Source: Balanoglossus misakiensis
Lineage: Eukaryota; Animalia; Hemichordata
Direction of reading: 5' to 3'
Length of the DNA stretch: 64,000 nt
NCBI GenBank assembly: GCA_040954595.2
Contig: CM082590.2
Coordinates: 9,574,088 to 9,638,087 of the forward strand
The notes beneath the pieces are model-generated. The model saw only the letters and a program-made list of their open reading frames with translations, ran no database searches and was not told the DNA's origin. Position 1 is the first letter of the stretch; each line of letters opens with the position of its first letter. A program made the position numbers and the translations under genes. Of this stretch, positions 38,505-50,900 are shown piece by piece.

Positions 38505-41500
38505 AATTGTCAGCAAATAACAACAGCGTTTATTCACATAAATTTATAAGCATGGATTTTATATGTAAGTTTCCCAGCTGCGGCATCTCAATATGATATG
38601 TGGTAGATAAAGAAATCATTATTCGCGTTTGTCTTATCCACTTTCGACTAGAGTGACACGTCAGCGTTCGCGTATCAGTTTCCTCTCCATCGTGACGCCA
38701 ATCAGAGAATAACATGAAACTTTATGATGGAAGCAAAAAAATGTTGAAAAAATGGAAATTTGAGAAGCGTGGATGAGTGATGCGAGGGGCCAAAATTACA
38801 CAAATCGCTCTCTTGAATACACATTTCTGATGGTTCACCGCTCGAGTAAATTCCCTACCCGCAGAATGGATGTCAACGGAAGTCTGTTTACACTGGGTTT
38901 TTTGATCTTTGATGAATTCAAGCTTAGCTCAATATGCAGGATGTTACTAGGTTGATTAAATGTCAACTGCGGTAGAGCTTTTTATTGGTATGTCCATAAT
39001 TGACACGTCAAACACAAATTGAAGCAAATAACTCATCGATTTTCCTGTACTCTTGTCATGGGGATAAGTTTTTAGACCACAGCGACTGGGTCACGTGGGG
39101 AAAATGTAATAACGTGAAGATGTATCCCGCTGTTCACGGGCGCGCGCGCAGCGATGTGACTGTCATCAACCCGCATTAATTTGCTCCCGATGAGGAGGAG
39201 AGTCACGTGATGTAATATTACTGAAGCCTGACCAGCTTGTAATGTTCTCTTCTTTTTTATTACGAGTCACGCTACACTTGGCGGACAGGCACTCGTGCAT
39301 GTAACAACGTCCAAATATTGACACCGGCTTCGAGAATGCCCGAAAGAGTACGGGGAGAAGTGTTTCCGCAGATAATACTTGGAACCACGACAGTCGAAAC
39401 CTACGTATGAGATTCTTGGCTGTGGTATAGTCCTTCACTGTTTATCGGTCTATTCTGTACCAGAAGCGAAGACCCAGGAAAGTCCGCTTGTTTTCTATTG
39501 ACGTTTTGCCAACAACAATATTTTCTTACACCATTTTTGTGAACCGGACGTCAACTTAAAGTCATTGGGAAACAGCATAAGGCTGCAACAAGGTAAGGTA
39601 AAGCTTTTACATTTTTATCTACTTTCAATTTTGGCAGCCTTTGTCTCAGTTAAAACACACCGTGGACAATCTACAACCCATTCTCGAAGAGAACTAGCCA
39701 TCCTTCTACTTACTGTCCACCCCTCTGTACATACATGGTTTCGTCCACGTCTCTCATTCAAAACAAATATCGAATAACTCCATTAAGAGATCCGGTTTTA
39801 ATAAAGTCGGCGATCGATTAAGTAAGAGAGATGACCCTAAGTTGATCGCTCTTCAAACCGATGGATGGATGGCTACAATATTAACAGAACGTACTCACCG
39901 CTCTAGTTTTACTTAGATATAAATTTGCAGCCCCATATCGATGTCTGTGAAATTTGTGGTAGTGCCCGCAAACCCACGAGCAATTACACACACTGACCCG
40001 TTTTAGATGAAACGTCATAATTGTGATATTAATAAAAATGACATAACAGTAAAATTATCATCGTTATCCGAGCTTTAATATGCTAACGAGAAATTAAATG
40101 GTAACAAAAGTCTATGGCTTTCTGTGTCATCTGCTGTTATTCTGCTTCTACGGATTGATGTTTTTAAAATTCATCAAATCTGATAGAGCAAAACTCAATC
40201 ACACTGTACTTTCATTTCTTGAAAGAAGACGTGTGGTTGCACCGTATGGGGTGATGCGACCCAATGTAAACTCAATGAATGTTTTTACAATAGCAAATTA
40301 GAAGTTTACAATTGCAAGGAGCTGGGGCGTGTATTTGACATATTGCAATTATTGAATCTACTGAAAGGCAGAAAATGTGAACACTGTCTTGCAGATTAGA
40401 GGCCTTGACATCCAGGCAGACTTGGAGGGGGGGGGGCATTCAAGATGGCTACCTGAAAAACCAAGATGGCTGCCAATTTGCATGTCGAACCAAGATGGCT
40501 GCCAATTAAAGAGCGATAAAAGTGCTGCAAGGTCTTCAGACATTGTTTGAAAAAAGCGGTTCTGGTTCTGGGTTTGCTTTCGCAAATACCTACTTTTTAT
40601 AACGTAAGCCTAACACTGCTACCATATTGGATCGTATCGCAAACAAAAGTGGATATGAATATATATTGCCTGTGCAAACAAGTGATTGAGAGCAGATTTA
40701 AAGTGTCTCCGTTTCCACGCGATTTATGCAAGGATTCAGAAGCTGCTTGGTTGTAATCCGCGAAATCAATGACAATGCAATGTTCTATGGATTTTTATAT
40801 GGAAGTAATGTAAAACAGTACAAATGGAACAGATGCAATGATTTCATCGGGAATCTATAGATGTGGTAATTTGCTTTATTTCGTTAGAAAGTATTGAACT
40901 CCGATATGTATGGAATTCCCACAAATTTGAAAGGCCGACGATGGTCTTATGCGCATGTGCGTAATTTCGTGTGTAGGCCCTACAAAACATTACGTCCAAT
41001 CCAAATGTTCTGCAAAATTTGCGTTCGACGCATTCGGATAGTGGACTGCCTTCGCTTCCTTCAATATTTCATGTGCACCGTGAAAGTAGAATTTAGTTGC
41101 TTCGGTAATTAACCAAATCCCGCGAGATCTCGCAGTGATCGGAAAATCAGTACTTTGAACTTTCACGTTATCAAGTTCGCTTGCCAAGTTACAGATTTCA
41201 TAGCCTTAAGCATAACCTTTTTAGATGGTGTAATTTTTCATTTTTAAGTGACTAATTATTCCGGTAATTTTACCCTTACATTGATATATTTATTGTCCCC
41301 TGGAGTGGATACACACTGAAACGAATGCGACAAACGTGTAACCTGGTACCCTGCCTTTGCTAACCTTGGGTGGCTCAGTCACTCTTTCATAACGAATTTG
41401 CCTTCTGGTATACATATATTCTGTTATAATGTTTTGACAAATAACATGTTTTCTGTATGCTCTTGTTCTATGTAGGCCAATATAGGTCATTAGCATTTCG

Positions 41501-42482
41501 TCTGCTATGTCCATTAGCAGACCAATATCGTTAATGTTAAATAGATCAATTTAATCTTAAGTTCACGAGTCTTTTATCGCCTTAAACAAATACCAAGGCC
41601 GTCTAATTGATTTTCTCGGATGCATTAAAGTGCTTTGACATTAAAATATATAATCATTGGTTAATTGTATTAAATTTATTGCATGTTTGCATTAGGCGTT
41701 TTACTGCGAGTGCGTATGAACACAATATCGTTTTCAGATGCCCACGCGACTTGCGTTGGTTGCAGAGCTGTCACTAAAAGTCTCGGTATATTAATCACAG
41801 GTCGATGGATTAGATGACTACAATGTACGACGAGTTACCATAGAGCGGTCGTTTGCGCCAGACAGAGTAAATGTGGACTCCACGGTCAAAACTTCAGCTC
41901 TTAGAACAACCAGGGATTGACGAAGACGTCCGTAATAGGTAAGAAATGCAATTTTGTACTACTACTACTAGAAGTACTTCTCGGTTGGGACCCTGCGGTA
42001 CGTTGGAACAACAAAACAACAACAAAATCCCTTATTTTGAAAATATGGGAAAACGTGAGACCAAAACACGCTATACAGTACTGCCTTATAAGCTTACTAC
42101 CTTATGACCTTAAGGAAGAAAACAGATATTATAACGCAAATTATCGCTTGCAACATCTATAGATAAGAAAGTAACATAAACTGAAGCTATCGCCTGTACA
42201 AAATATTGTTCAATCCTGGAAAACGCCAGTGACGAGCATATCTATGCATAACCCTTTGAACTAAGCCTACGCATGTTGCCACTGCACAAAACCATAATCC
42301 GCAAAGTACATATTATGGAACAATGGGCCAGTTTCTAATTTCCATTGCATTTTTGAATTAATTGCGTCTGTATTGTCTTTCACCGAGGGTCAAAAGGTGA
42401 ATCTGCTAACGTTGATTATGACACTGGAGACACGTGCACCATCATGCATTATACTGTAGATAACGTTACGTTGACGTGGCAA

Positions 42483-42493
42483 TCTCTCTCTCT

Positions 42494-42534
<41 letters not shown>

Positions 42535-42553
42535 CCCCTCTCTCTCTCTCTCA
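42483..42553. repeat. (CT)n / poly-C microsatellite
   Basis: Directly visible. Confidence 0.95.
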
Positions 42554-43228
42554 TACCATATAAATCCACTGAACTATACTAAACCGCATTGACAGTTTTG
42601 CAAATTTCTCCCTTTTCCAGCAAAACATTAATAGAAGCGAAATGCAAAGTATTTTCAGACAGTTTTTATGACCCTATTATCACAAAATCGGCGTGTCTGT
42701 GTTGGGCACCTACATAAATATGGGGACGAAGAATAACATCTATGTATAGTGTTAATAGACTCGAACAATTACAGTGGTGTTCATGGCAACCAGCCAGCGC
42801 CCTCTCCATCACCCCGGGGGTGTCCATAATTCACCATTTTTTCTGTAAAACTGTAAATACAATGTCTGCGACCTTTTCAACATTACAGAGAAGTTATGCA
42901 TCCTTGTTTACAGTGGTTCGCCCTACGCTAATTTGACATATTTCGAACGGCATTTTTATGACTTTAATATGCATGGCATTTAAATCCTGGCATTTTGATT
43001 AATGTCAACTTTTACTCATTTCTTCCACAGGATATGCTGCGGAGGAATTGCTTATTATAGACTTATACAACTTTACAAGAATTGGTTCAAGTAGGCTAAC
43101 AATTGAAATCTAAAGAGGTTTCCTGAACGAACGTTTGGATTTTGAAACTGGGATCTTCAAGTTCACGAACGACGTTTTTGAAGCAGATATTTTCTGACTG
43201 TAAATTTGTTTGGTAAAACAGACCAAAA

Positions 43229-44116
43229 ATGAATAACTCTACCGAATATTACGTCGACTTGCCGAACTATATGGTACCTGGCTACATTTCCATGGCAATA
43301 TCAGTCATGGGAATTTTGAATAACTTGTCGTTTTTTCTCGTCATCGTCAAATCAAAGGAGTTGCACAGTGGGGTTTATAGGTTGTTGGTGAATCTAGCAA
43401 CTTCTGATGTTGTCTTTTTGGCGGTGGAGATTTGGACTCAACGCCGGGGGCACAACTGTACCAATGAGGCCCTTCATGCCATGACGCTTTGCGAGTCAAG
43501 TTGGACGTTCTTGCTTATAAGCATCGATAGATATATCTCTGTGTGTCATCCCTTCAGTGCGAAATCTCTCCTCAAGACTAGGAACATGGCAGTCAGTGTA
43601 TCGCTAACTTGGGCGTTCAGCCTTCTCATGACCCTACCACACTTGGTACACTGTTCCTACTTCCTTTACACCATTACTCTCTGCCTCCAAGCATCTGTCA
43701 TGTTTATCTCCGTCACCGTGGCAACCACGTTGTATGTTTTGGTTGCCAGGGCGATGCATCGACGAAGCAAATCCTCAGCCGTGCCCGTGTCCAGCGTCAA
43801 TGAATCAAAACGCGTTGTACGGACAGTAATAATAACAAACATAGTGTATTTTAGTTGTATTTTTCCAGCTTTTCTGCTACTTGTGATTTTGCAATTTGAA
43901 TACGATCAGTCACTAGTAATCATACTCTATAATATACACCCCTATGTCCGTCTCCTGTTTCCGATAAACAGCTCAATAAACCCATTTATTTATCTTTCAT
44001 GCAACTCGACTTACAGAAAGGCGGCACAGAAAGTATACTGCCAGTGCAATGTTAAAAGCAAGCGCCACAGAAATAAGGAAAGCAATGGAACTAATACAAA
44101 AGAAGTTATGCTATAA
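43229..44116 (+). CDS. Class A (rhodopsin-like) GPCR, orphan, single coding exon
   Basis: N-terminal N-glycosylation sequon (NNS), GILNN (TM1), NLATSD (TM2), SIDRY (TM3), W..S.L.TLP (TM4), CIFP (TM6), NSSINPFIY (TM7). Acceptor at 43030 and donors at ~41938 and ~39592 suggest 5' non-coding exons. Confidence 0.9.
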   Translation: MNNSTEYYVDLPNYMVPGYISMAISVMGILNNLSFFLVIVKSKELHSGVYRLLVNLATSDVVFLAVEIWTQRRGHNCTNEALHAMTLCESSWTFLLISIDRYISVCHPFSAKSLLKTRNMAVSVSLTWAFSLLMTLPHLVHCSYFLYTITLCLQASVMFISVTVATTLYVLVARAMHRRSKSSAVPVSSVNESKRVVRTVIITNIVYFSCIFPAFLLLVILQFEYDQSLVIILYNIHPYVRLLFPINSSINPFIYLSCNSTYRKAAQKVYCQCNVKSKRHRNKESNGTNTKEVML

Positions 44117-44230
44117 CATATACCAGCCTCATCCATTTCAAGGGTGACAGTCGTCCGAACTGAGCATGAGTGACTTTTCTTTTCATAAACACATCATTTG
44201 CATGTTATATTAAAGTATATTGGCTATGTG

Positions 44231-44464
44231 ATACAAAGTAACTAAGTATTGTTTGCAGTGATGTACATTGTAGCAGTTACACTACAGTATAATACAAAGT
44301 AACAATAGTATTGTTTGAGTGATGTACATTGTAGCAGTTACACTACAGTGTAATACAAAGTAACAACCACATTGTTTGCAGTGATGTACATTGTAGCAGT
44401 TACACTACAGTGTAATACAAAGTAACAACACATTGTTTGCAGTGATATACATTGTAGCAGTTAC
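44231..44464. repeat. ~58 bp minisatellite x4
   Basis: Unit atacaaagtaacaa..attgtttgcagtgatgtacattgtagcagttacactacagtgta. Confidence 0.9.
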
Positions 44465-46030
44465 GTATCTTGACTTGCTAGCAACTGTGCTTTGTAGAAC
44501 CCAATGATACGACATCCAACACAATAACAAGCTAGATAGAAATAGCTTTATACTTTATATTTTATAGGTTGTATTTGGTTTTCTTTTTAGGATCTTATCG
44601 TATCACTACTGGAAAATTTCTCAACCATAATTAATACCTTTGTAAAGTCCACTCATACCTGTATTTTATAAAGCGATTTTGGCAATAAATTATATAGTTT
44701 ATTTTTCGTGAGTCATTATGAATGAAGGGGTAATGATAAACTTTTTTAACTGCAAAAGTCGCAATTATACCGGCAATTTCCCCATAATGTTACCCACTTT
44801 GATATCTGGGTGGGGTAAATCTTTCCTAGACCGCCACCAACGGTTATAAAATCGGTCACTTTCTTTTAAAAACTTTACGTACAGTGCCCTATCTGGATAT
44901 TGCACTTTAGTTGGGGTTTCCTTTTTGCCTCACACAACAGTTTAGCGCCTGAAAACGTCAATTTTTTGACGTACCGGAACTTCCTTGAAGCACCTTGCTG
45001 GTGTACACAATCGAAAATTTCTACTCGATAGAGAATAAATTTATATGTTTCGAGAAAAAAAAGACAGAAAGCTGTTACTTACAGTAGAGGATGTCCGCGT
45101 TGAGGTCTGCAATTCCAAGCCAGGAGAGCATCCTTCGTCAAGTCACTTTCCATGACCGATGGTTTATGCACATTATCTTCAACGAGGCTAGCAAAATTTT
45201 GGAAAATCCAGTCCATTGTCACAGTACTAGTCATGACCCCAACTTTCACTCGGTTGTCGAGATTTGCCCTTGGTAATAAACAGGTCGTTGTTGTCACTAC
45301 TTTCAGCCATGATGTTTGTAGTCAAAGATGGAGTCTCGAATGATGGAAGAGGCTCCTCACTGACCATCTGACAAATGAACTGGCTGAGAACTATCCAATC
45401 GTAATGCATCATGCACCAGGTGTATTTTATGACGCTTGTGATTGGCTGATGTGATAGAGACGTTGTTTTGCATACCAAGATCACATATGCAGTCAATGCC
45501 AGTGTTGTAAGCCGGAAAAAGTGCTCCTCACGAGCAGAAGTTCAGATATTGATCATTTTTGATATGCCACAGAAATTTAAAACTTCCAAGGTGTTATCTG
45601 AACAGTCTCAGACATTTTGCAAACATCTGAAGGCGAAAGAAATGTATGTACACCAAAGCAAGGAGTTCCGGAGAGCGCCCTCACACGTCAAGTTGTAGTT
45701 ACACCTTCAGTTTCAGGGTCAATACAATTAGCGCCATCATGGGGAGGGGGGGGGGGGGCAATGTTTGAATGGATAATCTGCAAACCAGAAACTTATGATG
45801 GTAGCTCAGATTTGATGGTAGTACAGATATTAATGAATTCAAAATTCACTTTGATATTTGTGCAGAGTTGAATGGCTGGTAATAGCCGAACAAAAATACA
45901 ACATATTCCATTAAAATGAAGCAGTCAAAAGCTATGGTGGGTAAAGTTTATCAGAAAGTTTATTTCGAAACGTAACAGAAAAGGTCATATAATAGAAACA
46001 TGCAAAGTTGTACCAAAGCTGCTGGCAGAA

Positions 46031-46123
46031 TTAACCCTTTCACCACAATGGTTCAGTCCAAACCTTTTGTTTCCTACAGTAATGTTGGACCTCTAAAGAG
46101 GAAAATGGGGGTGAAAGGGTTAA
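46031..46123. mobile_element. Complete copy of the ~90 bp MITE with TTAA at both ends
   Basis: ttaacccttttcaccacaatggttcagtcc...ggggtgaaagggttaa. Confidence 0.8.
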
Positions 46124-47973
46124 ATACCAGAAATTTGATGACAGATAAAACACCACTGTGAAAATATCAAGACATTTTCATTGCGTCTCCTTGACAACAG
46201 AGTTTCGTTGTTAGCCAATGGCTGCCATCTTTTTCATAACACACACTATCTTTATTCATCTCAATACTTTGTATAATTCTACCAAAATTCGCTTAAATCT
46301 TCTTGAAATCTTAGTTGAGAGGTTTTGGAATTTTTTGAAGACGCACAAACCAAAATTACCTCAAGACACAGAAGCACTGAAATTCTGCACATGTTGTCAG
46401 CGTTTGGAATCTTGCCAGCGATAGCAACCAGCTCATGTATTAAATCGCTCAACATTGCCTTAAAGGGCTTAATTTGACTTGTGCACTAATCTAATAAAAA
46501 TGTTTTATATTACATGTTTGTATTTTGACCATTGATGTATACAAGGGGTAGACACTGCTTACATATACAAGCTAAAATTATTTGTACAGTAATCAAGCAA
46601 ATCTGGGATACGCCCTACAAGTTGGACTACATTATTGAAGATATCAGCCTATATCAGAAGAAAATATATACTTTTGTGTAAAAATGTATGGTGTGTGATG
46701 AGAAGGGTTGTTTGCCTGCATGTTCAGATGTGCTTATGTGCATGCACTGTGGTGTTGTGGTCTGGGGTGTTGTGTTGTGTTAACCCTTTATACCCTATTG
46801 CATCACTACTCTCAACGTTTTTTTGTGTTTTATGGATAAATACATTTAACACTTCAGCCAAACTTAATGGACGTGGATATGATAAAATCAATGAAATAAC
46901 TACTAAATCTATTATTACTGGATACAATTATGAATCAATTGTCTTGAATAAAACACAAATAATACCCAAAGCATACATTATGTTGCGATTCACTGTTTGA
47001 AACACCATGTTGGTTGTGAATGCAACACTAAGGAAGTTGAATGAACTAAAATGTAACCAGTGAAATTCTGCATTGATACAATGTAACAGAATGTACAAAA
47101 GCTTCAAACATTGTTTCAATCAGTTGTTACAATTTCATCATTTGTTAAAACTTTTTGTAATTTCTGTTACAATGTATACAAATGCAGTTTCACTTGTTAC
47201 ATTTTAGTCAACTTGTCTCCTACAGTAGTTTCCTAATAAGGCTTGCATATGTAAAAGTATTGGCCGTGTTTCGCCATAAACAGAACTGACAAAACTCTTA
47301 TTAAAAGTCTATTCAATCTGAAGTATATCTACATCATTGAATGATATTTTCAATCAGAAATACCCACTGTGTCAAGACAAATTGAAATTTACTGTGTAGG
47401 AACAGAAATTAATTGGGTAAATATACAAAAATGAGGTTTCAACTGGACTACCCAGCTGTGACTTTGCAATGTAAAATCTACCTTTCAATTTATTCGGTCA
47501 ATACGATGGGAATCTGTCACACCACTTAAATACAAAACAATGACGTGACATCTCTCGTAGGGTCATATAATTTACATAAAATTGGGTAATTATTTGAATT
47601 TGTATTGTTTGGATATCTGACATTCTATCAATGCAATAAACTAACAAAGTAGGGATGATTTCCTTAGAGTATAAAAACAGGAAACTTTGTTAAAACTTGT
47701 GAAAATTACAGAAATTACACACTAATCAATAGATACTTGTATATTTTTAACGAGTCTTGCCTTTAATATAAAACAAACGGCTCCAAAAAAAAAGATATCT
47801 TTCATATCATTATTTTATCTCCCAAGACATTTCTCTGTTTTCTTCAAACGATCAATTTCTTACAATCACACCATCAAGAAAAGGTGATGAAATGTCTTGG
47901 AAGATTTGGATGTTTGTTTGTCCTCATTTGGCCTGACCTTTGACCCCAGATTTGTCGTGTATCACGTGACATC

Positions 47974-50900
47974 TTATTTCTTCATCATGCCCCTGGTAAA
48001 AGAAAGGAAAAGGAAAACATGAAGACATTTATGTTCCAATATTCACTGAGGCTTATAGAGGTTCTTTTAACATTCTATGCCTAAGGGACAGGAAAAGTTG
48101 TTCGGTATAAACAGGTTTCCAGATTAGACAGGGTTCGGTTTAGACGGGTTTTACTGTGGTTTGCAGATTCTCTTCCCAGAATGCAATACTTACGATAAGA
48201 GCTCAATGGGCAACGGGAATATGATTGTAGAGTTCTTCTCGGCAGAGATCGCGTTCAACGTCTGCAGATAACGCAGTTGGAGCGCGGCTGGAGATTCATT
48301 GATGACATCGGCGGCTTCCTTCAATGCACGTGACGCATTCTGCTCTCCCTCAGCTGCGATCACCTGTTGAAGACAATCATAAAAGAATGCTGTGTTTAAA
48401 AACCATGTACTATCCTTGTAAGATCACAAGCAAAAGACATCTCAATGTTGTCTTGTGTTTATAAAATTTGTCTTTACTTAGAAGTCTGTGACTGCGAACG
48501 ACCGTAAAGTTATAGACACTCATACATACATACATACATACATACATACATACATTTATACTTGCGTACATACAAACAGAAACTATCTTCAGTCTATAAG
48601 ATAAGGTCCTATCATATATGGCAATAGGAGCTTAACCCTTTCACCCCCACATCACTCTATTGAGGTCCAACTTTACCATTGACAATAATGGATTTGGACC
48701 AAACCAAAGTAGTGAAAGGGTTAAAATAGGGGAGTCTTACCTTGGCTCTTGCTTCTCTGGATGCTTCTGCCTCGGCGGCCATGGCACGTTGTAATTGAAC
48801 GGGTAGACGCACGTCCTTACTGCAAATTTAAGACACAACATGACAAATTCTTTTCCCCAATTCAAAATACCTGAATTCTAGACCCATTTAAGTTAATACT
48901 TGTCCGCACATGATAACATTATGCTAAAATTACCAGCACTTTGCTATCTTTCATAAATCGCAAAAAAACTCACGAGTACGCCATGCATTGGAGAAAATCA
49001 AACTAAAGCCTACAGATTTTACCCTCTCTTGCCACCAACATGGTCGAGTCCTATTGTCTCTACCTATGGATGGACCCATTTAGAGGGAAACAGGGGGGGT
49101 TGAAGGGTATGATTATCCCTCGTAGGTAGCAAGCGAAACAAATCTACCACAGAAAGAAAACGTTGCCTACAGAAACGTAATGGGAGCGTTAACATAGAAT
49201 GCGACAGCCTGAATCCTTGATCTCGGAAACTTTACTCACATTTCGACTCGTTCCACATAGATACCCCATGGGTCTGTAGCTTCATCAATAGCGGTCTAGA
49301 ATGTTAAAATCAGTGATCGGGACATTAGAAATGACAGCGAATCTGTGTGAAACAAGGCCATTAGTACTCACATTTCAACACGTTCCACATAGATACCCCA
49401 GGGATCAGTGGCATCGTCCAAGATACTCTAGAGTGGAATGAAAATAACACGGGAACAAAAAATGAAAACGATTCCGTCAAACAAGAGCTGCAGAAAAGGA
49501 AACAGACCCCTTTGACTACCACAGTGTCATTGGGCAAAAGTTCTTGTTATGGATTTCAACACTATATAAACTTTTGTTGATTGATTGATTGACCACAGAT
49601 AAGTGAAAACATTTTCATAGAGTTGCTCCAGAAGGCTATCTGCGACCGAAAGTGCGAGTCGCACTAATATCGCAAGTCGCTATCTTCGACTGTCTCAAAC
49701 GATATCTGCGAATGATATCTTCAACCCCTTTGAATTATGTCTACGATCGTCACAGTTGTAGTAATTTTGTCCCAGAAAGGTTTTCCGAGTAGACTGATGT
49801 CCGCGTGCGGTGGCCCCGGGTTGATTTGACCGTAGACAGCCATTGTTATTGTTGACATATGAATTCTAGTCCGGACTTGAATTCAAATTCTGCACAACCA
49901 CAATGCTGAACATACACATGTTATCGTTCTCAGTTAAAGTATGTCCAATGGCCACTGTAGGAGGTACCACATGCCGGTAGGACGAGGGTTAAATAATAGC
50001 ATGGATTATGGTAGTCAAAGGGTTATTTCTAATCGCAGCAGAATGACAGCTTGTCAAATGAAAGTTTTGCTACAGAGATGGAACACATTATAGAAAAGTC
50101 AAGCATGAAAATGTCTTGAAAATGAAGTCAATGCGATTGAAATAAAGCAAAGAAAACAAAGAGAATGACAAGCGAGCTCTTGTAGAATGCCTCAGTCGAT
50201 GCCTTAAAGTTAAAGTTTCTAACACTAGTCCGGACTTGAATCATTTGTGGTCAATAACAAAGGCCATTACTCATATACAGGCTCTGATGAGTATCTAATG
50301 ACTGAACATAAAGCTGTCCAGAGTAAGAAACTGGTGTTATACAAGGGAGAAAAATAGACATAAGTTAGAGTTACTGGGGCTTTAACAAACATGTGGTACC
50401 AGTACACATACCGACGTTGAAAGATTACTAAAAGCTGATTATGTCCAAAGTTGACTAGTTGAATACACAGGTAGTTGCTCTTGTAAGTTGTATGCCTCTA
50501 GCACGCACTAGACTAGTCTCTTTGATAACGGCCACAATACACAAAGTTATCATATAATGCCAATTCACAGACTGAATAATTTTCATAGAAGTTGAAAACA
50601 TCGCGCCACCGCCAAAAAGTATCGAACGTTTTAAGTGATTTCTCTCCGTTTCACAACTGCTGAAGAGTATCGAACATCACAATTACCGACCTGCATTTGA
50701 TGACTGATGTTCTCACGGTCAGCCAAGATCTCGGCCAAGTTCTTAGTTCCCAGGACGTTTCTCAATGTGGTCTGCGCCAAGAGACGGGTGGAGTGGTTGG
50801 AGTTCTCCACGTTGGCCACGGAAATGGTGGCGTTGTTGACGCGGTAGTAGACGACCGCGTCCACGGATACGGTCACACTATCCTTGGTCAGAATCTGCAA

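Noticed and set aside
44231-44464. Regularly spaced repeats resembling a CRISPR array
   Set aside because: Units are head to tail with no unique spacers, no cas genes, eukaryotic context.
50284-50330. CTGATGAG...GAAAC hammerhead-like core
   Set aside because: Stem II and flanking stems cannot be paired convincingly.
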